From Felis catus (Eukaryota), in NCBI RefSeq assembly GCF_018350175.1, contig NC_058373.1, positions 117,616,001 to 117,680,000 on the forward strand: a DNA stretch of 64,000 bases, given 5' to 3'. Of the stretch, positions 11,565 through 23,463 are shown piece after piece. The translations under genes and the position numbers were made by a program. Numbering within the stretch: position 1 is the stretch's first letter; every line of letters begins with the position of its first letter. The notes beneath the pieces were generated by a model that did not search any database, had not been told where the DNA came from, and saw only the letters and a list, made by a program, of their open reading frames with translations.

Positions 11565-13369
11565 GCGGCTGTAGTGCCATCAGGCTGAGCACAGCCGGAG
11601 TGGGCATGTGCGTGGGGCACCCTGGCTCTGAGTCGGAGAAAGCTGGGCCTGTCATCATTCCCATCCAGGAAGGGTGGATTTTTGAAAGCAGGAAAGATGA
11701 GGACGCCAGTTGCCCCTTCCCACAATGCCAGTTACAGACTCCAGGTGGGCGGCTGGCATCAACTCTATCTCCGCCTGGCCAGGAGCAGAACATGCCCCCC
11801 AGAGGCCTTAGACCGAGCAGAAACTGCCCTCCGGAGGCCCCCTCCTCCTGGGCTCTGCCTCGAGGACTCATCTTCAGCCCAACTCAGGGGAGGGAAGGGC
11901 TCTCGTGTCACATTCCTCCCAGATGTCCCGAAGACCAGCACGATCGAGGAGGACACTCCCTCTTCTCTCAGGCTTCACCGGGGCTGCTTCCAACTCATCA
12001 TGGGATTGTATAATTATGGTGATTACAGCTTATGGCTTTTTTCCTCTCCTCATCTCTTGCTTTCAAATTCTTCGAGGCCTCTCATTAAACATGGCGATCC
12101 CCGTAAACTCAGCAAAGTTTTAATAAGACTTTTTTTTTTTTTAAGCTAAAGAAAACCCAGTTACAGTTGATTGGTATTGTGTTCCCTCCGACAGACCTTT
12201 AAAACTCTAGCAGGCACCATCAGTGCCTGGCTATAAGGGGTGGGGGGAGAAAGGTATGGGGATCCAGAAGGCATCCATGCTTTTTCACAGGGTTGGAGAA
12301 CGTTTCCATGCCATGATCCTGGCCTTTCTCGTTTGCACCAAGAACAGGGTACATCTGAACCCCCACGCCTAATGGGAAAAGACAGACCATCAGGCATGGA
12401 TAGAGGACCTGGCCTTTACATCACAACAGATTAAGTTGGAAAGTAGAGATAGAGCAGCCGATATAAAACTCAGTCCAACCTATAGCGAAAGTAGAAGGGA
12501 AATTCTGGTGGATTTTCTGTCCTGGATGATACTAGAAGGTTCCAGAGCATCCATTATTCTAAATATGTAAAAAGAGTCCACCATTAGCGTGTGTTGAGTG
12601 ATCGCATCCCAGCGATCACGTACTTGATGGCGGTTTCCTTGGTAATGACACAGCTCCAAAGCCTGTCATTTGCTAGGTCTCGATGATAGTTTTTCTTAAA
12701 TTGTTTCTAGACCTGTAGGATGTAATGGGAAGGATCACCAAGAAGGAGTGGTGGGGAGGTGGCCGCTGGGGTCCCCCACCTGCCCTTCAGCATCTTTGCT
12801 CAGCTTTAGTGTCAGGGTCCTCTTCCTATCCACACTCCCCAGGACTGCGTGAAAAACTAAATGCACAGTGAGGTGCACCTTGCCCCCATGGGGACTGCAC
12901 TCTGGGAGGCTCCTCATGGCTCACTGCCAGGAGCTGTCCAGACTGCTCCCCACCCACCGGTAGCCAGGTCGTCACATCTGGAGCGTGCCTGAGCAGCACC
13001 AACCACCTAGGGTCAAATGTTGTTGGAACTTGGCAGTGACATTTCCCCCAGCTACCCTCTCATCCCCTATTGAAGACGACCTGCTCGTTTGGCCCCAAGA
13101 ACAAGGTCCCTTCGGTGCCCAGCAGAATGCACAAAAGTGGACTGGGTTCGAGATGGACAGCCTTGGCTGGATCCTGTCGGTCCACCTGATGTTGGCATAA
13201 GACCCCAGGGAAGCTCCTTGCTTGCCCGATGGGTATAACACAGCCGTACCCACCGTACAGGGTGGATGCTGGGACTAAATGAAGGTATAATGGTAGTCGA
13301 TGCCATTTCTTGGGGGCTCACGTACTGTGGGCGTCCACACCATGCTGAGCTTGGTCAGCGAGGGACTTT

Positions 13370-13535
13370 GGTTCTACTCCAGCTCTACCAATTAGCAGCT
13401 TCTCTAAGCCTTGGTTTCCTCATCTGTAAAAGGGAGACAAAAAGAAACAATTAAGTGGGGAAAAAATACACTTAGCAGAGTGCTTAGCCAAGTGCAGCAT
13501 ACGTGCTCAAGTAGAACTGTTTGTATTATTATTTT
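13370..13535 (+). mobile_element. MIR
   Basis: Core ccttggtttcctcatctgtaaaaggg and a MIR-like 3' end. Confidence 0.7.
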
Positions 13536-14764
13536 CATTATTATGTTGTTGTTTGCCCCCCTCCCCCCGCATGCTGAGCTTTTATTACCTTACTTAATTT
13601 CCAACAATATTCTCCAAGGTAGGTATCATTATGTTCATTTGCAGTCGGGGACAGGTATGTGTGTATCTCATATGTGACAGTGTGTCCAAAGCACATCTAG
13701 TTATTACAGTGACCAGCTCATTAGAATGACTCGATATGGTAGCTATTACTACTGGCTTATTTTTAAAGCCCAGAGCCAATGTTTTCCCTGGGAATGGAGG
13801 GACCAAGGCGACTGACAGGTCAGCTTCTGCCCTGTGGGCCCCTAAGCACCTCCCTGGAGGCTGTGGGAGCTGTATGGTGCTGGGGGTAGGGACAGCCACC
13901 TGGAAAATATCGCATACGTTGTCAGGATCTGGCATGTGCACCCCTCTACTGAGGTGCACAAGTCTGAGACACCTTCTGCTTCCAGCCACAGATGAGGAGT
14001 AGTTCTCCCCATGAGCAGAGCGTGAAATCCAGCCCCCCCCACCCCCCGCCCACTTGTAGTGCTCCCCAAGAAGGAAGCCTCATTCCCAGAAACCCTCACC
14101 TCTCTGCGGTCTGCCTGCCGGGAGCCGCCCTGAGCAGTATGACCTCCCCAAGTCTGGTTGCCCCCCCTGCCGGATAAACCAAAGCTTGTATTTTGTGGCC
14201 ACATACTACAGAGTGGGGTTGTGGGAGGAGTCAGAAGCAAGTGTCAGGGGATGCTTTGAAATCCCTCCTCAACCAGACCCCCGGGGTCCACGCTTCTGCT
14301 TGTAGGACTGGCAGAAACAGAAGCAGAGGGGCCATTTCCACTGACACACATGGCTTTTTCCTGGGGAGAATTCAGGTTTTATATGTGTATCTGAAGGTAA
14401 ATGCCTCAAGTTTGCAGTGCTTGTCCAAGATTGGCCCCTTCGGAGCCTCGTACAAAGCTCTGCAGCCGATCACATGGTTGCTTGAGATGCTTGTGTACGT
14501 GCCTGTGGTGTGAACATGCACGTGAACGTGGGCACAGCTGTCCACACAGGTGCACGCGCTGCCTGCCTGACCCGCGCCTCTGTGTTCAGCGTATGGTGCG
14601 CAAGTAACATACGCTGCAGACTCGCATGTGCCTTGGCGCGCGGATCGCATGCTCCCGCAGCTGTGTGCATGTCTGGGCAGGGGCACCCCTAAAGCCACAG
14701 GTGTTCATGGTTTCAGCTGGATAAGTTATTCTTCACTTCCCTTCCTAAAAACACAATTGCCTAG

Positions 14765-14831
14765 TGCTGCTGGCGCAGAGTCAGAATGGCCGCTGCACTT
14801 CACCCCCGAGGTGGCTTCCTTCCAGCAGTGG
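14765..14831 (+). CDS. RGS6: Candidate 67-nt frame-shifting cassette exon of RGS6 (CCWRRVRMAAALHPRGGFLPAV+G)
   Basis: ttcttcacttcccttcc...ttgcctag| acceptor, strong TGG|gtgagt donor, open in phase 0 and ends in phase 1; joins an open alternative frame of the terminal exon. Confidence 0.75.
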
Positions 14832-17139
14832 GTGAGTGATCCCGGCGTCCGCACTCTCTAACTTTTTGGGGGATCCTTCTGCACAGAAGGTGCTCCAAAA
14901 TCCAGAAGAGATGATCTGTTTGTCTGTGGCCTTGTCTCTGCCTATCACTCTTGTTCCCACACCCTCGTCCCAGGAACAGTCAGCAGCGCCTGGTTTTTGG
15001 TGTCCCCACGTTTCTGCCCCCCCCCCTTTTTTTTTTGCACCCATGGTTTTTTTCTTCCTAAGAGACCAGGAGCCAGGGGTCCAGAAATGATGCAAAGAGA
15101 AGTCCCTTGTCTCAGAGGCGATGTGCAGATAATGTCTTTAGGTACTGACCCTGTAACGCGCTTCTCCTGGACCCCTAGCAGAACAGGACAGAAACGCTCA
15201 CTACCTTTGAAGATGCTTTGAAATCCAACAGCAGCAGCCTTAGGCTTCATCTCCCCGTTACAGCTTCCATAATCCTTCCTCTGTGGCCCAGGGCCAAGTC
15301 TTGCAGAAACATGGAGAATCTCTCATGTCTACCTACTAGGCCATCAGGGGAGAAGGCAGGGCAACCAACCGCCTGTCCTCTGTCCCACGGGCACCAATAG
15401 CATCGTGACAACCTGTAAAAAGGGTCTGTAGGGAAGGAAGAAGGTTCTCAGTGGATGGGACTTTCAGTGACCCAAGTTTCTATCTAGAGATCCCTTGAAA
15501 ATGCCGCTTGGCCCATTCCCTGCTGCACTTTTTCAGGTTAGAAATACATGTGTGGTGAATACCCACTGAAGCGCATTTCTGGCGGAAGAGAGGAACGAGA
15601 ACTAAGCCTGCCTTGGCATTTGTGTCCAAATGGACGTGGACATTTATGGAAAGATTGTGCTTTGGGCCCGGTGGGGAGGGAGCAGTCCTCACGATGATGA
15701 CCTGTGCCTTCTAGGCTCTGCTTTGGCAGCTGGCTGAACCAAGGACCCCAACCTATGGATGAGTTTTGGGTGAACATGTTTGTAGGAGGTGAGAGGTGCC
15801 CTTGGGGGGTGGAGTTAGAGTCCCCGTGGTTCTGCAGGAAGAGTCCCACACTGCCAAGCAAATGATTCCTCCTGCTGTCTCTTCCATGAAACTTCAGTGG
15901 CTCTCTCCCCTAGAGCCATGGTCAAGGGTCACTTGAACGTCCGACTTGGAAAAAACATCAAGTTGCTGCCCAATAGCAACACAGCCATGCCCCTGTTTCC
16001 TTGAGTCTTTTGACCTTTGCCTAACTTGGAGCGAACCAGAGCTAAGATCCCAAAGTACATTTGGGCAGGAGGTGGAGGAACCGGGGAAGAGGAGGGCATG
16101 GCAGGGGCTGCAGGAAGGCATACTGCCAAGGGGCTTGCAAGCGGAATGCCCACCTCCACTCCACTCGAGAATCCGCCGAGATCTTCCCTGCACACGGAGA
16201 ATAGAAAGAGCGCCAGAGTTATTCAGTCAGAACCGGAGGAAGGAGAGCTAAGAGGTCCGATATGAAAAGGGGGACATTTCCCCTGCACAGGAAGAGCACG
16301 GGGAAAGTGGAAATGCACAGCCTGGAAAGGAAGCTGGGGAATCTGGGCATCGTGCCACCAGAGTAGGGCACAGATGCTATCCCCTTGTCACTCCTGGCAT
16401 GCCTGCCTGGTTCCAGATTTGTCCCCGCACAGCTGGGGGACCATGCGGGAAGGTCTCCACCACCCACCAAAATTAACAGGCTGAGGCTAACCCTTGCAAA
16501 GAGTCCCGTAAGTGATGAGCATGATGGGAGGCCAGAGTCAGAGGGCCAGGAACACCACCCACAGAGGGCTTCCCCAGCCTGGCTGGGACACCCTGATTTA
16601 GGGACTGGGTTCTAATTGGCATTGGTTCTAACTGGAGTAAGGCAGCTCTGCCTGCCCCCTCCTGAGAAAGGTAAACACCACACCTGCTTCTCTCTTCCCT
16701 GGGACAGGTGGTATGGAGGCCCCAGAAGCATCGACACCAATAACATAAGAGCAGAAACAGCAGTAGTGGCTTCAGCCGGCCTGTCCCGCAGGTGCACTCT
16801 AAAGCCATGTGCACCAGGCAGGGGTGATAAGTGCCCCAGCTCAGTGCACTTAGCCAGTCTCACTTTGCCAAGCTTGCCAGCCAGAAGGTGGCATCTTCTT
16901 TCTCAGGAGTCCCAGATGCAATGAGGGGAAGAAGCTCAGGCAGAACAGAAATGCTTGAGATGGGTCTCAAGAACCTCCAGGAGAGGAAGCTTCTTTCTCG
17001 GTGAGGTTGAGGAAATCTCCCTGGGGTGCCCAAAGAGATTGCCTAATGTGGGTGGGCATGGAGGAGCCAGCCATTCGTCTCTGAGCCTTTCCATCTGCCT
17101 CCTTCCTTGAGAGGGATGGCCACATAGCAAGTAGAAAGC

Positions 17140-17390
17140 ATATGGCTCATGAAGGCCACCCCACTTAGCTCTACTACTGACTAGCCGATGCCCTCAGGCA
17201 AGGAACTCAAGCTCTGTTTGAGCCTGTTGCTTCGTCGATGCCGAGATGATATATCCTAAGACTTTAACCTAAGACGTCCTAAGACTTTAGAGTAATGCGT
17301 AACTGGCCAGGATGGTGTGGACATTAGCACAAGTGTCTATAAAATGCCTAGTGTGTTTGGCACACAATCGTTGTTCAACGTGCAGTCCAC
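17140..17390 (+). mobile_element. Degenerate MIR
   Basis: gctctactactgactagc...ggcaaggaactcaagctctgtttgagcctg...tttggcacacaatcgttgttcaa. Confidence 0.5.
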
Positions 17391-17590
17391 TGGTGGCTGT
17401 CACTGTCCTCGGCAGCTAACCTGTACCCCCGGGAATGGGGTCACCATCGAGGTCCGGGCTAGTTGAAGAGGAAGGCACATAGGAAGAGAAGGTACCTGGG
17501 ATATTGATGCCACTCCACAGGGCAGGAATTCGAAATTCAAAGAGAATGCCCTGGGGAGATCGGGGAATAGGTTGGTTCTTTCTCTTTCAG

Positions 17591-18065
17591 TGCAGTTGGA
17601 AACGTTGGCAACTCACCTTTTCTAAATTAAAAGAAATAAATAAATAAGAAAAAAAAAAAGCACTAGGCTAGAGTTAAGGTGTCTGAACCTGCTACCGGCC
17701 CCAGTGACATTTTCTAGGAATCGCTTTCAGAAGACAGCACCGGTAGATTGCATAGACCCACCGTCTACATGGCAAAAATCTGGTCGTTTATACCGCTGTA
17801 CATAAGTTAGTGAGCTGTTTCAAAAGAATCCATTATTTTTACTATGATCGTATTTTTTACCTTATTCTGTAACAGGTTTAAATGTACACGAATGGATATT
17901 AATTCTCTAGCCAGTGAACTTTTTATTAGTCATTCCATTTTCCCCTAGTTCTTCATTTTTTTTTTTTTTTTACTTGAGCGTTGTTTTACGTTTGTGGTAT
18001 CTTATTCTTAAGAGTCAAATCGAATATTTTAAAGCCAAATAAAATGCCGTTCAGCTCCTGAGAGG
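17591..18065 (+). other. RGS6: Candidate intronic alternative last exon with 3'UTR-like composition
   Basis: gttctttctctttcag| acceptor, early stops in both usable frames, TGTACATA at 17797-17804, U-rich tracts, AATAAA at 17635 and 18038. Confidence 0.45.
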
Positions 18066-19084
18066 GATCAGAAAGCTCTGCAAGGGCCCAGGCGCAATAC
18101 AGACTCTGGGAATGGATCTTGCCACAGGCACCCGCCCCCCCTGACTGAAGAGTGAGGAAGCCAGCAGCACCCTCTCCGCCTGTGCGGCTCCCGCCTAGCC
18201 CTGCTGCGGATTAGCAGTGTGTGATCTTTGGCTAGTCCCAAGACCAGGTTTTTCCCTTTCATCTGCCCCCGCCCCCACTCCCCTTGCCAGGAAGTTCAAC
18301 AGAGGGCCATTTGATGAGATGAGAGATGAAGTGTTGGAAACCTTTTTGAAACTCTTTCGTATTGAGTATGGATTCTGCTGCCATCCTCTGCCGGCTTCTA
18401 AGACCCCTAAACTACCCCCAAGCAAGTGGCACTCTCTCCCCAGTCTGAAACAGCACTGAGAAAGGAGATGTCACAGGATTCCCATATGCCCTTTGGAAAT
18501 CATGCCTTTTGCTTTGCTCAGTTGGAGAAGGGGCACCAGGGGCGCCAGCCTCCAGGGGAGTCACCTGATGAAGTCAGGCAGGTTCTTGACTTCTCCCCTC
18601 CCGTCGAACCCAAGCCTGGACCCTTACCTTCCCACCTGGCTCTTAGGCTCCTGACTGCTCTCCTCAGCAGGGCCGCCCAGGCCTATGATTGCGCACACTC
18701 ATCATTTATGAACCTGAGCATCATCTACGCACGGCTGACCCTCAGGCTCCTTGAGAGGACAGCTCTGGAGCCTCCCACAGAGGGCTACTGCGGTCATTGG
18801 GTGAGCCCCAATCAACACTCTTTTCATTAGCAAGGATGAAAAATGCCTGCGTCACAACAAAGTGATCGATCTGGATCACTGGACGAGAAACAGTGTTCCA
18901 CATTGGTTCTATTGCAAGTTCTAGTTTCTCTAGCAGAGGAACCCAGGTTTCTCCTACCCGGGAGTGGGGAGAACTGGATTGAGCCCAAAGGCAAAGTCAC
19001 AGGGCTAGCAACTGGAAAGGAGTAAGGAGTGGGAAATTTCAAAGCAGAGATGTGATAGGTGGATTTTTTCCCTAATCTTTCTGT

Positions 19085-19272
19085 TTCCTTTTGAGGTGTA
19101 ATTACATATAGCAAAATGAACAGATCTGAAATGTGTGGTTCAATGAATTTAACAACGGTATGCACCAATATAACCTACACCCCATGACCCTGGAAAGTTC
19201 CCTCACGCCCCTTTCCAATCAATTCCATCCTTCTCCTCCAGAGGCAACCACAGTTGATTTCTATCCCCATAG
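19085..19272 (-). mobile_element. L1M 3' fragment
   Basis: ttttgaggtgtaattacatatagcaaaatgaacagat...aagttccctcacgcccctttcc is typical of antisense L1MB/MC ends. Confidence 0.6.
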
Positions 19273-19487
19273 TAACGTGGATTTAGGCTTAGGGGATTTG
19301 AGATCTGTAACTTTGGTCTTAGGTCATCTGGGCAAATCAGCTTGAGAGTCTCAGCAGCAGCTCAGATGTCCGTACTCCGTTAGCATTGGAAAGGGCCCTG
19401 CCCGAGTCCCCAGTGCTTGGCTCTGCTACCCCCCAATATGCCACCTGACCCCCAGGGCTACTCTCTGAGCCACAGCCCTCTTCCCAG

Positions 19488-19514
19488 CCAAAGAGTTTAG
19501 CCTCAGTCGCCCAG
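19488..19514 (+). CDS. RGS6: Candidate 27-nt microexon (PKSLASVAQ, or AKEFSLSRP in the shifted frame)
   Basis: ccctcttcccag| acceptor, consensus CAG|gtaagt donor, three (T)GCATG motifs within ~100 nt downstream. Confidence 0.45.
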
Positions 19515-21833
19515 GTAAGTAAGCGGCAAAAGCTCTTGGTAACCCGGATCGTGCATGTTTTGTTGATTAATATCTGGAAGTGCGATGCACAGAGCCACAG
19601 CATGTCGAACAGCATGTTGATTTTCCTTAAAGCACTGCACAAAAGGGCGCCATTCCTTTTGTGCGTTTCCTTTTAGAAACAAAAGATTTCATGACCACGT
19701 TCTTCCAGACTTCTAGCCATCAAGATGGCCACAGAGCTGAAATGATTAGTCAGGGTGGAGGGTGGACGTTTGCGAACCTAGTCCATCACATTGAAGGATT
19801 CTAATTCTATTGGATTAACTTTGCCAAATGTCTCGAAGGTGAAAAGTACTTTGTCTGTATGCAAAGCTTTGGTGTCTCTGGAATGTACCTTCTGCAGTTT
19901 GGTTCTTAATCACTGTATATTTTCTCACTTGGACAAAGGCTGCCTGCTAATAGCATTTTCAACCACCTTCAGCTGCTTCGCTCAGCTACGCCAAGGCCTC
20001 AGGCTGAGCTGGCTGTAGTTTCCTGGCACCATGGTCCATTCCCAAATGACCGGCACTGGGGAACATCACACATTCACACCCTGAAAAAATGGCTTCCCCT
20101 GTAACTATGCAAGATGCTAGGCAGAGGGGGAGTTACTGCTCTCCTTCCTAAGTGTTTTCTACAGAATCATCCAATCGGAGGCAGGGCTGGGGGTGAAGAA
20201 GAGGGAAGAAAGAGCCCCAGAGGGTGCAGGGCGAGAGATCTCTTCTCTCCGGACAGAGCAGGTACCTCTGGGGCTCCCAGCAAGCCCCTAGCAGCACAGA
20301 GCTTGGGGCAGCTCACCTCTGAACACGGGTAGCCTCTGCTGTCAGATTTCACTTTGATCCCTGAAAATTACAGGAGCCTCGGCTCTTCAGAAGAGAGGCA
20401 GCTGCTGAGCCAGTGTGATTGCAGGATTTCTTCCCCAAAGCCCGAGGCCAGGCAGCTAGCCATGCCTGCGTCCTGCATGAATAACCACCTTCCAGCCTCA
20501 CCCCAGAGGTCACTGAGTAGCGGACAGATTGCAGTTGGACTGAGCTACCCCCTGAGCCGACCCGAAACCTCACGACCTCCTTTAGCATCAGAACTGGCAT
20601 TTGAAAAATGTGTGCGTGCAGGGGTGGGGGGAGGGAGATAAAAATGCCAAGGAACGCCACCTGGATTGCTGAGAGGCTGGGAACAATCTCAGGGCAAGTT
20701 CTCTAGGCTGGCCCCAGAAGTCCTGAGATATGGAAGCAGTTGGGGGCGGGGAGGAGAAGGCATTGACGGCAGGCCACAGGTCCTTGGAGTCAGAGCTATG
20801 AGGCTGAGCTCCAGGGCTCAAGCAGGAAGAGATTAATTAGCGACTCCAAGCCCGGCCCAGCCTTTTCTATAGAACAGGGAGGGGTAGAGGGTGGGGGACC
20901 TCCGGGCCAAAGGCACCTAAAGCAGACAGTCACACAATTCTCCAGATACAGAATCTCCAACCTCCCTCAACCTACAGCCCCCTCTCCAGCCAAAATGACC
21001 TCACTAATGAGGAAGTAGCTGTAATGAGGGTTTGGATGCCTGGTAAACCTCTCCCTCTTTGTTTCTGGGCTTTTAACATGGGCACTGGCAGTGCACTGTT
21101 ATTCAGAAGCTTTAGTCATTTTTTTTTTTTCACATCCGCCAGCTAAATCAGAGCCCCAAATACCATGTATGGCAAAACCAGAACATATACATTTGGTGAC
21201 AGAACGTGTAATTTGTTGCCCTGGTGGAAAAGGGACAGAAGGAGAGGGGGAGGAGCCAGTATACGGTACAAGGTTACTGCGGCAATAAACAGCACCAAGA
21301 GGCAAGCAAAATTCCTCGGTGCCTTTCATACGAGCAGGGATGGATGTGGGTAAAGGGTTTGGGGGAGGTTTATTAGAACCCTCGGACCAGGAGACCCCTA
21401 AACTCATCAGCTCCACACTTCCCCCGAGAGGACCTCACGCACATACCCACACTTCCTGCCTTCAGGCCTGCATCCAGAAGGCACAATCCCAGGTGAACCA
21501 ACAGGATGACAAATGCCTCCAGCTCCGTCTAAGAAAGGGCAGTCAAGGAGAGTACCAGCCATGGGTGTGCCTTAGAATCAGGGCCGGAGCAAGTCCTTGA
21601 AGGTCAGCCTCCGCCAGCTGTGAGCTCTTGTCCTACCCGCTTTACCCAGACAAGTAGCCACCTTACTTTTAGTGATTTGCAAAGACTGGCACTGCAACCC
21701 TCTAGGATTAAAAAAAAAAAAAAAATCTGATTAAAAAAATCCTTACCCTGGTATAAATGCATCCTGCTGCAGGCTAAGTTTAGTGTATTTGAAGATCCAG
21801 ATAAGGCTGCTGTTGGGGAGATTTTGTGTGTGC

Positions 21834-21836
<3 letters not shown>

Positions 21837-21865
<29 letters not shown>
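21837..21865. repeat. (GT)n microsatellite
   Basis: Direct reading. Confidence 0.9.
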
Positions 21866-21867
<2 letters not shown>

Positions 21868-22472
21868 AAAATAGGGGAGAAAAAATGAAGTTCCATCTCA
21901 CTAGTGAACATGAGGAGTGAAAGAAAAGGGGATGTAGATACAGGCTTTCCAATAGCTCCTGAGGGCGATTCCATTTCTGGACAAGCTCCCATGCCTGCCA
22001 TCAGAATTCTCAAAGTCAAGCTGGCAGGTCCCTCAATGGAGAGCTAAGCCAGATGACCCATTGTCTTGCATCCAGCAAACTCACAGCCCTTGTTCATTTA
22101 CTAGATGTACCCATTATCCATCAATTCATCAATCAGCCAGTTGATTGAGTACTCTACCAGGCTTCACAAACCTGATCAATTTTTTTTAATTACATCCAGC
22201 TTGCACACAGCCAAACCCAGTAAACAAGACGAGCCCTGACACCCCACTTGGAAATGAACATGAGGAACTGCTGGCCCTTGCAGTCTCTCACTACCAAACA
22301 GCACAGCCCATGCTGATGAGGACCATGTGCTCGCCTTTGCAGATGGCAAGGGTGTTGCTGACCCGATGTCAATGACAGCATGGGGTTTGAGTATTTTCTC
22401 AGACACAGTGATCAGTCCGCTTGGGTCCAGCCACACACTCGTCTAGACCCCTTCCCGATGCTATGGATTTCT

Positions 22473-22669
22473 CTTTTTTATTTTTAAATGTTTATTTAGT
22501 GTTGAGAGAGGGTGGGAGGGATAGAGAAAAAGGGGCGGGAGACAGAGGATCCGAAGCGGGCTCTGTACTGACAGCAGAGAGCTGGATGCGGGACTCGAAC
22601 TCACGAACCGTGATATCATGACCTGGGCCGAAGTCGGACGCTTAACCAACTGAACCACCCAGGTGCCCC
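22473..22669 (-). mobile_element. Can-SINE
   Basis: SINE body; TSD ctatggatttct. Confidence 0.92.
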
Positions 22670-23191
22670 ACTATGGATTTCTTAGGGTGAGCAGGGAATG
22701 GGCACAGAGTGTGTCAAGGAAAATAAGCAGAATGACTGAGCCTTACCCATCCTCCTCCTCATCCATCCTCTTGGTGCCCAATCCCACACTGGACGCTCCT
22801 CGGCCACCACCCCCCCAGGGGCAATAGAGGAATTGATCTCTCTCAGGATCTCTGTGCCTCATGCACCAGGCCTTACCAGCCAGGTCAATTTTTTCATTTT
22901 TGAGAACTGCTACGTGGGTTACAAGTGCAGGGTTTGTAGACGTCCTGATGTGGGGTCATCAAGTTCAGCCCCTGGGTACCACAGACGGAGAGCCAGGAAC
23001 ATAGGACACGACAGGAGTGCACTGGCCTGGGTCCTGCAGCAACCTCAGCTCACCGGCCTGGCTCCCAGCCTTGGCAAATGCCCCTGTACTTCCACTTCCA
23101 CAGTCCCAGAACTGGTCATCAAGACAACCCAGAGCCTCTCCCAAGGAGGGCTCACTCCCGCCTTTCAGAAAGGATCCTAAGTCTTCTGCCT

Positions 23192-23195
<4 letters not shown>

Positions 23196-23255
<60 letters not shown>

Positions 23256-23463
23256 TTTTCAACGTTTATTTATTTTTTGGGACAGAGAGAGACAGAGCAT
23301 GAATGGGAGAGGGGCAGAGAGAGAGGGAGACGCAGAATCAGAAACAGGCTCCCGGCTCCGAGCCATCAGCCCAGAGCCCGACGCGGGGCTCGAACTCATG
23401 GACCGCGAGATCGTGACCTGGCTGAAGTCGGACGCTTAACCGACTGCGCCACCCAGGCGCCCC
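23196..23463 (-). mobile_element. Young Can-SINE with a 53-nt homopolymer tail
   Basis: TSD agtcttctgccttctt at 23180-23195 and 23464-23479; T run 23194-23246. Confidence 0.95.
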
